Origin: a virus
Length of the DNA: 64,000 bases
Strand: one strand, 5' to 3'
IMG/VR virus record: IMGVR_UViG_3300015607_002611
Location: 9,143-73,142 of that record
Shown here one piece after another: positions 9,467 through 19,078 of this stretch. Each line of letters opens with the position of its first letter. Position 1 is the stretch's first letter. The notes beneath the pieces were generated by a model that was not told the origin of the DNA, did not search any database, and worked only from the letters and a program-made list of their open reading frames with translations. A program made the translations under genes and the position numbers.

Positions 9467-9942
9467 TGAGTACTAATTCAAATCAACCAACAAGTTCATG
9501 TTATGGTATATCAGCATGTAATACACTTAGTGTTTTTATTGAGTGTTTAGCACAAATATACCAAGGTACAGATGCATCTATTGAAATGCTATTGTCTGAT
9601 GAAGAAGGTCAGCCAATTGATATTAATCAAATATTAGAAATGTACATAAGTTTATACGGTGACAAGTACAGATATCTTGAATACGTATATCCTGATACGA
9701 CTGGTTATTTACCAATAAATATTATACAGACGGTAGAAGACAATGAAGTAGTCGACCAAGGTATAATATCAATCGATATACCTGCATCAGAAACTGTTAA
9801 GTTTATGACAGGTGGTTTATTTGCAGAAATTAAAATTAAAATGATTGATACAAATTATCCAGGTGGATTTAGAACTAAAGTTATAGCTTGTCTTAACATT
9901 GGTACAATTAAATTATCAAATACAAAAGATATTCAATTATAA
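9466..9942 (+). CDS. Hypothetical protein
   Basis: ATGA-coupled ORF with no recognisable motif. Confidence 0.3.
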   Translation: MSTNSNQPTSSCYGISACNTLSVFIECLAQIYQGTDASIEMLLSDEEGQPIDINQILEMYISLYGDKYRYLEYVYPDTTGYLPINIIQTVEDNEVVDQGIISIDIPASETVKFMTGGLFAEIKIKMIDTNYPGGFRTKVIACLNIGTIKLSNTKDIQL

Positions 9943-9944
9943 AT

Positions 9945-10301
9945 ATGAGCGCAGCAAACGATTTTTTAGGAGAATTAAACAAAGTATTAATAGACCATCA
10001 GAATAAATTATATAAGTTTCATGAAAGATATTTTAATGATTATCATGAACTTTTAAATAATATCAATAAAAGGTCAACAGCTAAGAAGTTAGTTGAAATT
10101 AAAGACGGTGAAGATTATGATAAAACTGTATTCTTTGCTATACATTGTATTAAGACAAATGATGTTGAATGTGAAATAGAAACTGAATTCGGTCCTATGG
10201 TTTATCCACCATTCTCATTTGTACAAGGTGCAATTTATCCTATAAATGTACTTAGAATTAAAAATTCAGGAGGCGGAAGATTTATAGGATTATCTTCTTA
10301 A
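9945..10301 (+). CDS. Hypothetical protein
   Basis: ORF only. Confidence 0.3.
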   Translation: MSAANDFLGELNKVLIDHQNKLYKFHERYFNDYHELLNNINKRSTAKKLVEIKDGEDYDKTVFFAIHCIKTNDVECEIETEFGPMVYPPFSFVQGAIYPINVLRIKNSGGGRFIGLSS

Positions 10302-10364
10302 AAAATGAAACAAATATAAATACAACGTTATATAACATGAACGTTTAATTAAATTAATAATAAC

Positions 10365-10553
10365 ATGAACAACGAGTTAACTCAAGAACAAGCATTGTCA
10401 GTTTTAATACAAGGTGTTAGAATTGCACAAGGAAAAGGAGCATATTCAATTGAAGATGCAGAAATTATCGCAAAAGCAATTAAAGTCTTTGTTAAACAAC
10501 CTGAAGGTGAAGCACAAGCTACTGCAGAAGTAGCACCTACACAAGAAGGTTAA
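10365..10553 (+). CDS. Small hypothetical protein
   Basis: ORF followed by an intrinsic terminator. Confidence 0.3.
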   Translation: MNNELTQEQALSVLIQGVRIAQGKGAYSIEDAEIIAKAIKVFVKQPEGEAQATAEVAPTQEG

Positions 10554-10577
10554 TATTGACAAAAGCTCAATTTAAAA

Positions 10578-10601
10578 GGTGACTATACGTCACCTTTTTT
10601 T
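10578..10601 (+). terminator. Rho-independent terminator
   Basis: GGTGAC-tatac-GTCACC hairpin followed by a T7 run. Confidence 0.7.
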
Positions 10602-10690
10602 AGGTTTATATGTCAAATTTTCTTAACAAAAGTATTGGCATACTTTTGAAGCATAGTATACTATATTAACAAATAAAAATAAATAAAGCT

Positions 10691-11089
10691 ATGTTTAAAA
10701 TTTACACAGACGAAAAATTACAATCAACAATTAATGAACTTTTCAGAGATGTATTTTCTGAAACTTTTAAAAGTCCAATCTTTAACTCAGATGTTCGCTA
10801 TGAAGTTATAGAAAAGACAGATTCATATTTAATAGAAATGCTTTTACCTGGTTACAAAAAGGAAAACATTAAAATTGATTTAAATGATTCAGTGTTAAAA
10901 GTATCTTATGAGTCTAGTGAAGAAGATAAGTATAGTAAATACATCAAAGCTTTTTCTAAGTCCTTTAGAATAAGTGCAGACCTTAGCCAAGAAGACATCA
11001 CAGCTAAGATGGAAGATGGAGTTCTTAAAATTTCAGTTCCTAAATTAAAGGAAGAAGTTAAAGAATCCAGAACAATAGAAATACAATAA
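10691..11089 (+). CDS. Small heat-shock protein (Hsp20/alpha-crystallin family)
   Basis: 132 aa with an alpha-crystallin domain pattern and C-terminal 'GVLKISVPK'. Isolated between two terminators. Confidence 0.7.
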   Translation: MFKIYTDEKLQSTINELFRDVFSETFKSPIFNSDVRYEVIEKTDSYLIEMLLPGYKKENIKIDLNDSVLKVSYESSEEDKYSKYIKAFSKSFRISADLSQEDITAKMEDGVLKISVPKLKEEVKESRTIEIQ

Positions 11090-11109
11090 AAATTATTTCT
11101 TCTTTTAAA

Positions 11110-11132
11110 GGCAGTAAATTACTGCCTTTTTT
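11110..11132 (+). terminator. Rho-independent terminator
   Basis: GGCAGT-aaatt-ACTGCC followed by a T6 run. Confidence 0.7.
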
Positions 11133-11136
11133 ATGT

Positions 11137-11149
11137 GATATATAAAAAT
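11137..11149 (+). promoter_or_regulatory. Candidate 'GATATATAAAAAT' promoter-like motif immediately upstream of ATG 11150
   Basis: The same motif class occurs upstream of the homing-endonuclease genes. It resembles T4 late TATAAATA. Confidence 0.3.
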
Positions 11150-11728
11150 ATGAATTCATTAGAAAAGTTTTGTGAAAATAAAAGAATAGCAATTGTAGGT
11201 AATTCATCTAAAATATTAAGCCATAATTATGGTGATATTATAGATGCACATGATATAGTTGTAAGAATTAATCATGCTCCTAAATATATCTCTAAATACC
11301 CAAAGAATGTAGGGACTAAAACTACTATAATGTCTTATGGTCTAAGTAGATTAGATATTGCTAGAGATATTTCCAAAATTTGTAATCCTCAATATAATTT
11401 ATTTTTAATAAGATGTAATGGTGAAATAAAAGATTATTCCCAATATTCCTTATTTAAAAATCCTTTTCATGGAAGCATTGAAGAATATAAAAAACTTAAA
11501 TCTAAATTTGATGTATTTAAACCTTCGACAGGTTCAGTTACTATAAATTATTTTATTAACAATATTAATTTTAGTAAACTTAATTTATTTGGATTTGATT
11601 TCTTTACTAGTTCTTCACCTAATAGAAAAAATGAATTCCACTCGTATATTTATAGAGACCATAGCGCAGTATTAGAACAAAAGTATGTTCAGAGTGTTTT
11701 AAATGAAAATGTAGTTATATTTTACTGA
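11150..11728 (+). CDS. Sialyltransferase-like glycosyltransferase (GT29 L- and S-motifs)
   Basis: L-motif 'IAIVGNSSKILSHNYGDIIDAHDIVVRINHAP' and S-motif 'KPSTGSVTINYFINNINFSKLNLFGFDFF'. The track start at 11135 is a GTG, so the ATG at 11150 is preferred. Confidence 0.65.
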   Translation: MNSLEKFCENKRIAIVGNSSKILSHNYGDIIDAHDIVVRINHAPKYISKYPKNVGTKTTIMSYGLSRLDIARDISKICNPQYNLFLIRCNGEIKDYSQYSLFKNPFHGSIEEYKKLKSKFDVFKPSTGSVTINYFINNINFSKLNLFGFDFFTSSSPNRKNEFHSYIYRDHSAVLEQKYVQSVLNENVVIFY

Positions 11729-11777
11729 AACAATTTGCCAATGATAGATATAAAAACAATAAAGTGTTTAAATTATA

Positions 11778-13307
11778 ATGTCACAAAAGAAACGAATAAT
11801 AAAATATTTAAAACCTGATATAGTCAAAAGTGTCGCCAACATTAATAAGAATATGTCTAGACCAGCCGTTCCTAAAAAGACAGTATCTATACCTACAAAT
11901 TATACAGAAATTCCGTTACCTAATTTAATCAATAATTTTACGAATAAGCCTAAAAATAATAGAGTTTTTATTATAGGTGGAGGTTCTTCATTAAGTGGAT
12001 TTGATTTTTCAATATTAAAAGACGAAGATATTATTGCAGTTAATAAATCAATTGAATACGTTAATTATGCAAAATATTTTGTTACAATGGATTATACATT
12101 TTTTACAAATCACCACAAATTAACAAATGCTGACTTTAGTATAATTAATAATAAGGCAGAACATACATATTTCATTATAAATACTGAACATAGTTATATT
12201 AAAAATATAAATGGTGTATATACTGATACTAGATTTAATTTAAAATATACAGCGCTTGAAAAATTTGAAGGTGTAATTAGAAGTCCTAAGACATACGACT
12301 CAAGTAGAGGATTTGGAAGTGATATACATACATTTACACACGGTAATAATAGTGGTTATTGTGCTTTACAATTAGCAATTGCTTTAGGTTATGAAGAAAT
12401 ATATTTATTAGGATATGACCTAAATATAAGTTCAAGTAAAACACATTTCCATAATGGCTATAAACAAGATGTTTCTAGATTTTCTAGGAACTTAATTGAA
12501 TATAGAACTATATTTTCTAAATCATTACAATTATATAAAGGCCCTAGTAAAATATACAGTTGCTCAAACAATAGTTATCTTAATACTTTTATAAAATATG
12601 TAGATATTAAAACTGTATTAAATGTACCAGTACAACGGCAAATAATTAGACCTGAAAATATAATTGTACCTGATAGTATTCCACCTATTAAAACAAGTGA
12701 AATGAATGGAGATTTAAGAGACCTTATTGTTATTGGTTATTATACAATTAATACTCCTTATGAAGCTGAAGCTCAGGGATTAATTAAATCTTGTAGTAAA
12801 TTAAATTTAAGACAAGATATTATAGGTGTACCAACGTTTGGTAATTGGCAATCAAATACTAGATTTAAAGCTAAATTTATGCTAGAGATGTTAGAAAAAT
12901 ATCCTGGTTCTAAATTAGTATATGTAGATGTTGATGCTGTAATCCATTCAAGATTAAATTTATTTAAAGATTATGATTATGATATTTCTGTTAGGTATCA
13001 AGATTTTAGATGGCGTAAAAATGAGTGTTTAAGCGGTACTATATTTATAAAATCAAATGAGAAAACCATTAAATTATGTAAACGTTGGATGGAAATAAAT
13101 GATTCTGAGGGTTCTAATGCTAAAACATTAGAACAATGGAATTTAGATAAGGCAATACAAGAGGGTATTAAAGACTATGGTTTAACATTTAAAAATTTAC
13201 CACCTGAATATACATTCATTTTTGATTCAATGAAGGCAATATATCCAAATGTTAAACCTGTAATTGAACATTTCCAAGCTAGTAGAAGATTTAGAAATAA
13301 AGTATAA
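11778..13307 (+). CDS. Two-domain glycosyltransferase: N-terminal CstII/GT42-like (DUF115-like) sialyltransferase-fold domain plus C-terminal DxD GT-A domain
   Basis: N-terminal 'NRVFIIGGGSSLSGFDFSILKDEDIIAVNKSIEY' resembles CstII 'VIIAGNGPSLKEIDYS...DVFRCNQFY'. C-terminal 'LVYVDVDAV' is a DxD motif. Confidence 0.5.
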   Translation: MSQKKRIIKYLKPDIVKSVANINKNMSRPAVPKKTVSIPTNYTEIPLPNLINNFTNKPKNNRVFIIGGGSSLSGFDFSILKDEDIIAVNKSIEYVNYAKYFVTMDYTFFTNHHKLTNADFSIINNKAEHTYFIINTEHSYIKNINGVYTDTRFNLKYTALEKFEGVIRSPKTYDSSRGFGSDIHTFTHGNNSGYCALQLAIALGYEEIYLLGYDLNISSSKTHFHNGYKQDVSRFSRNLIEYRTIFSKSLQLYKGPSKIYSCSNNSYLNTFIKYVDIKTVLNVPVQRQIIRPENIIVPDSIPPIKTSEMNGDLRDLIVIGYYTINTPYEAEAQGLIKSCSKLNLRQDIIGVPTFGNWQSNTRFKAKFMLEMLEKYPGSKLVYVDVDAVIHSRLNLFKDYDYDISVRYQDFRWRKNECLSGTIFIKSNEKTIKLCKRWMEINDSEGSNAKTLEQWNLDKAIQEGIKDYGLTFKNLPPEYTFIFDSMKAIYPNVKPVIEHFQASRRFRNKV

Positions 13308-13308
13308 T

Positions 13309-14064
13309 ATGGATAAGAAAGTTAGTATATTAATACCGGCATATAATCGCCAAGACTTTATTAAGACTGCTCTTAAAAGTTGTACTAGTCAAACATATAA
13401 TAATTTTGAGGTTATTGTATATGATGATGGTTCTACTGATGAAACTTTAAATGAAATTAAAGATTTTATAAAAAATTGTTCTATTAAAAATAAAAATAAG
13501 ATAAGAATAATTGAAGGTGTTACTAATAAAGGAATTGGTGTTGCACGGAATATTTTATTAAATTCCTTCGATAGTGAATATGCATGTTGGCTTGATAGTG
13601 ATGATATGATGACGTCGAATAGATTACAAGATTGTATTAATTACATGGATGTTAATCCTGAAACTGATATCATATACAGTAATATACAATGGTTTACTGG
13701 AAATAATCCATATAAATACGGTACAATTATATCACCTAATATAACAAGATATTCAAAGGATAAATTTGAATCTATTTCAAATAATTCAAGTTGTGCAAGC
13801 GGTTTTTTTAAATCAGATTTTAAAAAATATAAGTTTTTAGAAGGTTTAAATTTAGGCGGTGAAGATTCTCTTTGGTTATGGGATATAATTAAAGATGATA
13901 GGGTAATAAGACATATTGATAGAGTTTTATATTATTATAGAAGCCATGGTAATAGAATAGGTATAATTAAAAGAAAAGAAGAATTTAAAGAATTAAAAGA
14001 TAAAGAAGGTTTAATTGTATATAATTATCTAAATAATATAAAGAAAAATGAATCCGATAAATAA
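13309..14064 (+). CDS. Glycosyltransferase family 2
   Basis: 'VSILIPAYNRQDFIKTALKSCTSQTYNNFEVIVYDDGSTDET' and 'WLDSDDMM' (DxD). The ATG at 13309 right after the upstream stop is preferred over the track start at 13264. Confidence 0.8.
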   Translation: MDKKVSILIPAYNRQDFIKTALKSCTSQTYNNFEVIVYDDGSTDETLNEIKDFIKNCSIKNKNKIRIIEGVTNKGIGVARNILLNSFDSEYACWLDSDDMMTSNRLQDCINYMDVNPETDIIYSNIQWFTGNNPYKYGTIISPNITRYSKDKFESISNNSSCASGFFKSDFKKYKFLEGLNLGGEDSLWLWDIIKDDRVIRHIDRVLYYYRSHGNRIGIIKRKEEFKELKDKEGLIVYNYLNNIKKNESDK

Positions 14065-14692
14065 TTACTTTAATAAAATATACTGTGTTAATTTAGATAG
14101 ACGTCAAGAAAGATGGAAAGAAGCTTCAGATGAATTTAAAAAATTCAGTTTAGATGTAGAAAGATTTTCAGCTGTTGATGGTAGTAAATTAGATTTATCT
14201 AATATTAAAATGCAAGTTCTTAAATCTGATTCTTTACCGGGCGCTGTTGGTTGTAGTATGAGCCATAGAAATATAATCATAGACGCTAAAGAAAAAGGCT
14301 ATGAGAAAATTTTAATATTAGAAGATGATGTAGTATTTACTGACAATTTAATCGAAAGATTTGAAAAAGAAATTAATTCTTTACCTGAAGATTGGGATTT
14401 ATTTTATTTAAGTGCTAACAATCTTAAACCAGAAGCTTTAACTAAAATAAATGAAAATATATGGAGGACAAGATTTTCATATACTACACATTGTTATGCA
14501 GTTCATTCTAGAGTATATGATGTAATAATTAAAGGATTGGAAAATCTTGATGTTCCGGTTGACCAATTTTATAAAAACGTATTACAACAAGAATATAATT
14601 GCTATGTTATTAGACCTCATTTATCATGGCAACGCGAGGGTTATAGTGATATAATGAAAGGTAATAGATTTTACAAAAATATAAAAGAGTAA
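14048..14692 (+). CDS. Glycosyltransferase family 25 (LOS/LPS beta-1,4-galactosyltransferase-like)
   Basis: 'KIYCVNLDRRQERW...FSAVDGSKL...GAVGCSMSHRNII' matches the GT25 N-terminal signature. Confidence 0.65.
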   Translation: MNPINNYFNKIYCVNLDRRQERWKEASDEFKKFSLDVERFSAVDGSKLDLSNIKMQVLKSDSLPGAVGCSMSHRNIIIDAKEKGYEKILILEDDVVFTDNLIERFEKEINSLPEDWDLFYLSANNLKPEALTKINENIWRTRFSYTTHCYAVHSRVYDVIIKGLENLDVPVDQFYKNVLQQEYNCYVIRPHLSWQREGYSDIMKGNRFYKNIKE

Positions 14693-15276
14693 TGCCATAT
14701 TCAGATAAACATAAATTAATATTTATACATATTCCTAAAAATGCAGGTACTGCTATTACTAATGCACTTGAAATGAATGATATTGGACATCATTCATGGA
14801 AATATTATAAAAATAAATATCCTGAAAAATGGAATACATATACAAAAATTGCAGTTATTAGAAACCCATGGGATCGTGTAGTATCTAATTATGCATATGC
14901 TAGAATGGAAGAAAGTCACTGGCATTCAGTTTCAGGAAAAACTAGATATTCAAAACACCCAGACTTAGAATTATTAAAAGATAAATCGTTTGAAGAGTGT
15001 ATATCTATTTTAAAAAATAATCCAAGTTCTTTAAAACATCAGGGCTGGTCTTTACAAAAAGATTATATTACAGATGACAATCATATAGTAATTGATATTG
15101 TAATATTACAAGAAGATATTAATACTGTAATAAATAGATTAACAAACGTTAATGTGAGTAAAATAAATACAAGTAAAAGAGATGATTATAAAACTTACTA
15201 TAATCAAGATTTAATTGAAACAGTAGGTGAAATATACAAGGAAGATATAAAATTATTTAATTTTAAATATGAGTGA
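14692..15276 (+). CDS. PAPS-dependent sulfotransferase (carbohydrate sulfotransferase-like)
   Basis: 5'-PSB motif 'IHIPKNAGTAI' (HIPKTGGT-like) and 3'-PB-like 'RNPWDRVVSNYAY'. Confidence 0.6.
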   Translation: MPYSDKHKLIFIHIPKNAGTAITNALEMNDIGHHSWKYYKNKYPEKWNTYTKIAVIRNPWDRVVSNYAYARMEESHWHSVSGKTRYSKHPDLELLKDKSFEECISILKNNPSSLKHQGWSLQKDYITDDNHIVIDIVILQEDINTVINRLTNVNVSKINTSKRDDYKTYYNQDLIETVGEIYKEDIKLFNFKYE

Positions 15277-15817
15277 TATAAATAAAATGCTAAATACAAA
15301 TAATTGGTTTAGCTTTAAGGGATTTTATGAAAATGTAGCTAATATAAGTGAATATAAAACTTATGTTGAGTTAGGTGTATGGAAAGGACATTCAGTTAGT
15401 TATTTAGCAAAATGCCTTAAAAAAAGAAATGATACTAAAGTATATGCTGTCGATATATTTGAGAAGTGGGATAAAAATGAAAATGTAAAAGATGAAGTTA
15501 AACATATTAATGAAATCTATAATACTAATTTAAAAAATATGGGTGTTAGGGATTCAATTACTGACATTAAATCTATTTCATGGGATGCTGCATCTAAATT
15601 TGAAGATAATAGTATTGATTTTGTTTTTATTGATGCTGACCATACATATGAATCAGTGGTAAAGGACATAAATTCATGGTTGCCTAAAATTAAAAAGGGT
15701 GGAATGATATCAGGTCATGATTATTTCACTTCAGATGGTGTTAAACGAGCTGTAGTTGAATTATTAGGTAATGTTGAATCAATTAAAAAAGAAAACGTTT
15801 GGTATAAAAAAGTATAA
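15269..15817 (+). CDS. Class I SAM-dependent O-methyltransferase (TylF/MycF / CmcI-like sugar O-MTase)
   Basis: 'YVELGVWKGHSVSYL' and 'FVFIDADHTYESVVKDI...KKGGMISGHDY'. Confidence 0.6.
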   Translation: MSDINKMLNTNNWFSFKGFYENVANISEYKTYVELGVWKGHSVSYLAKCLKKRNDTKVYAVDIFEKWDKNENVKDEVKHINEIYNTNLKNMGVRDSITDIKSISWDAASKFEDNSIDFVFIDADHTYESVVKDINSWLPKIKKGGMISGHDYFTSDGVKRAVVELLGNVESIKKENVWYKKV

Positions 15818-16671
15818 TGTCTTATATTACTCCTAGAATAATAAAATTTGGTAAACCTGAAAATCATAGAAGTTCAATTGGACATGCAATGTATAATTAT
15901 ATAACAGCACTTTTGCTAGCTAAAAAATATAATTTAACATTCTTACATTCTCCATTTATAGCTGATTGTGAAAGATTTGAGAATGTATTAGGTTTAAATA
16001 AATTCTTTCCTAATTTTAAGACAATTAGAATGCCTGAATATAAGCTTCTACCTTATTGTAATTTTGGTCATCCTAATTTAGATGAAAATAAATATAATAA
16101 TAGTTTAAGGAGACTTTCAATTGAAATAAATAAGAAGACTACTAAAACTATATTCTTTACAAATAATCCAGCTGAACAGTTTCCGGGATTATTAATAAGA
16201 GAATCTGAATATCTTTCAAATATATTATCTGAAGCTTATTGGTCAGTTAATGGAAAATCAAAATTATATGATTATTCTAAAACAAACGTAGCTATCCATA
16301 TAAGAAGGGGTGATATCACTGAAAAAGAAAACACTGATAGATGGAAGGATAATAATCATTATATTAATATTATTAATAGTATAAAATCTAAAATACCTGA
16401 TGCTAGATTCTATATATTTTCTGAAGGTGAAATTGGAGATTTTAAAGAATTTAGTAAAGATGTTAATTTAATTTTAAATGGTAGTGATATTGAAGCATTT
16501 AATAATTTAGCAAGTTCTGATATATTAGTAACAGGACAGAGTACATTCTCTACAATTATTTCATATATTAATACAGGAACTATTGTTTATACACCATGTT
16601 TGAGTTTTACATTATTTGATGGTTTCAGTAAAAGGTTTATAAGATACGATAAAATAGATGAACAATTATAA
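15817..16671 (+). CDS. Fucosyltransferase-fold glycosyltransferase (GT11/GT23-like)
   Basis: 'VAIHIRRGDI' fits GT11 motif I (HVRRGDY). N-terminal 'SIGHAMYNYITALLLAKKYN' fits the GxLGNQMFxYA pattern. Confidence 0.45.
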   Translation: MSYITPRIIKFGKPENHRSSIGHAMYNYITALLLAKKYNLTFLHSPFIADCERFENVLGLNKFFPNFKTIRMPEYKLLPYCNFGHPNLDENKYNNSLRRLSIEINKKTTKTIFFTNNPAEQFPGLLIRESEYLSNILSEAYWSVNGKSKLYDYSKTNVAIHIRRGDITEKENTDRWKDNNHYINIINSIKSKIPDARFYIFSEGEIGDFKEFSKDVNLILNGSDIEAFNNLASSDILVTGQSTFSTIISYINTGTIVYTPCLSFTLFDGFSKRFIRYDKIDEQL

Positions 16672-17497
16672 AATATATTTTACTACTAATTGGAGTATAA
16701 GACATGATGTTTTCATGGATTACCTAAAAAGACAAACCCCTGACTTTTCAGGTTCTTGGGATAATATCATAATGGTTAATAAACAAAGAGAAGCTGACTA
16801 TATTATAGTACAAGATGGTTCAGATGAAAAGATCGAAGATATGTCTAAGGTTATATTTTTTGGACGTGAACCTAAACATATTAAATATTATTGTTGGGAC
16901 GATAAATTATGTAATAAAGTATATCATCATGAAAATAATAATTGCTGGCTTCCGCAAACTTGGTGGGTTGGTTTAAATTATAATGAGTTAATTAACTTAA
17001 AATATTTAAAGAATAAAAAATTTAGTATAATTGACTCTGGTAAAATATCTAAAGATGGTCATAAGAATAGATTAAACTTCATCAAATTATTTATAAATCA
17101 ATATCCAAATGATGTAGACTTATATGGTAAAATAAATGGAAATATATTACCCGAAAGAGATAAAAGCCTTGCATTATTAAATTATAAATATACTTTATCA
17201 ATTGAAAATGGAGTAACTGATAATTACTTCTCTGAAAAATTTGTAGACCCGTTATTATGTTTAACATTACCAATATATCATGGATGTAGAAGAATAGATA
17301 AATACTTTCCTAAAGGTTCTTATTATAAAATTGATATAAATAAGTCAGGTACTATTCAAGAAATATATAATTTGATTAACAGTAATTATGCTGAAGAGAA
17401 TATAGAAAATATTAAAGAAGCTAGAGATTTAATATTAAAAAAGTACAATATTTGGCCAACAGTAAAATTAGCAATAGAAAATAATATTAAAATATAA
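16658..17497 (+). CDS. GT10-like alpha-1,3-fucosyltransferase-fold glycosyltransferase
   Basis: 'YKYTLSIENGVTDNYFSEKFVDPLLCLTLPIYHG' matches the FucT motif (FxLxFENS...YxTEKxxxxL...PVxxG). Confidence 0.5.
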   Translation: MNNYKIYFTTNWSIRHDVFMDYLKRQTPDFSGSWDNIIMVNKQREADYIIVQDGSDEKIEDMSKVIFFGREPKHIKYYCWDDKLCNKVYHHENNNCWLPQTWWVGLNYNELINLKYLKNKKFSIIDSGKISKDGHKNRLNFIKLFINQYPNDVDLYGKINGNILPERDKSLALLNYKYTLSIENGVTDNYFSEKFVDPLLCLTLPIYHGCRRIDKYFPKGSYYKIDINKSGTIQEIYNLINSNYAEENIENIKEARDLILKKYNIWPTVKLAIENNIKI

Positions 17498-17498
17498 A

Positions 17499-17909
17499 AT
17501 GGAAAAAATTTATTCTAAAGTACAACCTGATAAATTATTACATATAATAGTAAGAAAGTCTGATATGGTTCCAGGAAGAACTGATATTGTAGACCCTGAG
17601 CATTTCATACAATGTTCCATGTTAAATATGGAAAAAGGTAAAACATTTAAACCACATAAACATATTTGGAAAGAGAGAAAAAGAGATGTAATAGCACAAG
17701 AAAGTTGGGTTGTTATACAAGGAAGTGTTAAATGTATATTTTATGATATTGATGATACATTAATAGCCGAGCCTGTATTATATCCCGGTGATTCAAGTTA
17801 TACACTTGAAGGTGGTCATAATTATGAAATACAAGAAGATAATACTCTTGTGTATGAATATAAGACAGGGCCTTATGAAGGTCAAATATTTGATAAAACA
17901 TTTTTATAA
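17499..17909 (+). CDS. Cupin-fold protein, possible NDP-ketosugar isomerase/epimerase
   Basis: Cupin motif 'PHKHIWKERKRDVIAQESWVVIQG'. Context is between the GTs/MTases and Gmd. Confidence 0.35.
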   Translation: MEKIYSKVQPDKLLHIIVRKSDMVPGRTDIVDPEHFIQCSMLNMEKGKTFKPHKHIWKERKRDVIAQESWVVIQGSVKCIFYDIDDTLIAEPVLYPGDSSYTLEGGHNYEIQEDNTLVYEYKTGPYEGQIFDKTFL

Positions 17910-17910
17910 T

Positions 17911-18459
17911 ATGGAAAAAAATAAAATTAACTTAGGTTGCGGTTGGAGAAATTTTGGCAAAGAATGGCTTCATATTGATAATGGTGATTACGATCATTTA
18001 GATATTAAATGTGATGTAAAGAAATTAGATTTACCTGATAATTACGCAGATTTAATTTACGTATCACATGTTATCGCATATTTTGATAGAAATGAAATAT
18101 GTGATGTTTTAAAAGAATGGAATAGGGTTTTAAAACCAGGTGGTACTTTAAGAATAGCTACGCCAGATTTTGAAGCAATGAGTAAACTTTATGTACAAGG
18201 GAGGATAGAACTTAAACAGATGTTGGGTCCAATGTATGGTAAAATGCCAATGGATGATATTACAATTTATCATAAAACTACTTATGATTTTCATTCATTA
18301 GCTACAGTATTATTAGATAATGGATTCAGGTATGTAAAAACATATAACTGGAAACAAACTGAACATGCACAATTTGATGACCATTCACAGGCTTATATTC
18401 CTCATATGGATAAAGAGAATGGTACACTTATTAGCTTGAATGTCGAATGTATTAAATAA
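17911..18459 (+). CDS. Class I SAM-dependent methyltransferase
   Basis: 'INLGCGWRNFGKEWLHIDN' (motif I) and 'WNRVLKPGGTLRIATP'. The ATG at 17911 is preferred to the overlapping track start at 17788. Confidence 0.6.
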   Translation: MEKNKINLGCGWRNFGKEWLHIDNGDYDHLDIKCDVKKLDLPDNYADLIYVSHVIAYFDRNEICDVLKEWNRVLKPGGTLRIATPDFEAMSKLYVQGRIELKQMLGPMYGKMPMDDITIYHKTTYDFHSLATVLLDNGFRYVKTYNWKQTEHAQFDDHSQAYIPHMDKENGTLISLNVECIK

Positions 18460-18460
18460 A

Positions 18461-19078
18461 ATGACAGAAGTAAATATAAATCTACTTAAAGATTCTTTTG
18501 ATAAAAGAAAGATTGATACAATAAGATATATTGTAAACGAATATGTTTCCAAGGGAGATGGGATTATTAATAAGAAATATTTTCAAGAATTAGGTAGTTA
18601 TACAAAAAGAAATGATGATACTGTAGATATAAATCTTTCAAATTATTTTTCTAGATTATTATATGCTCCTAATTTTGCAATATTAGATTATGTTATTAAA
18701 AATATAAATCAATTAAAAGATTTAAAATTCATTGATAATGGCGCTGGATTAGGTATACTTTCTATATTCTTAAAAACATTAAATATTGATTGTTATAATT
18801 ACGATAATTTTTCACAAATTAAAGATGTTACTTTTCATGAGAATGTTTTAAATAAAATGAATATTAAAATTCATCCTGTTTCTAGTCAAATACCAAATGA
18901 CTGTGAGGTATTAGTATGCTCTGGCATTTGGATTGATAATCCAGAATTCTTAAAAAGAAATTTACAATATGTTCTTTTAGATAGAAACCATGAAGATAAG
19001 GGAATTGGTCCTGAATTAACATCAGAATTTACTTTACTTGATAAATATAATACAATTAATGTTTATGGAAGAAAATAA
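18461..19078 (+). CDS. Methyltransferase-like protein (weak)
   Basis: 'FIDNGAGLGILSIFL' resembles the SAM-binding motif I. The ATG at 18461 is preferred. Confidence 0.3.
   Translation: MTEVNINLLKDSFDKRKIDTIRYIVNEYVSKGDGIINKKYFQELGSYTKRNDDTVDINLSNYFSRLLYAPNFAILDYVIKNINQLKDLKFIDNGAGLGILSIFLKTLNIDCYNYDNFSQIKDVTFHENVLNKMNIKIHPVSSQIPNDCEVLVCSGIWIDNPEFLKRNLQYVLLDRNHEDKGIGPELTSEFTLLDKYNTINVYGRK

Noticed and set aside
11135-11149. Track start of GT29-like ORF at 11135
   Set aside because: Codon 11135-11137 is GTG. An ATG at 11150, immediately after the GATATATAAAAAT motif, is the more likely start.
17788-17910. N-terminal extensions of track ORFs 17788-18459, 18440-19078, 13264-14064, 34044-34769 and 53040-53312
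   Set aside because: Each extension overlaps the preceding gene by 20-120 nt in another frame. In each case an in-frame ATG sits 1-3 nt after the upstream stop, which is the tight-coupling pattern used throughout.
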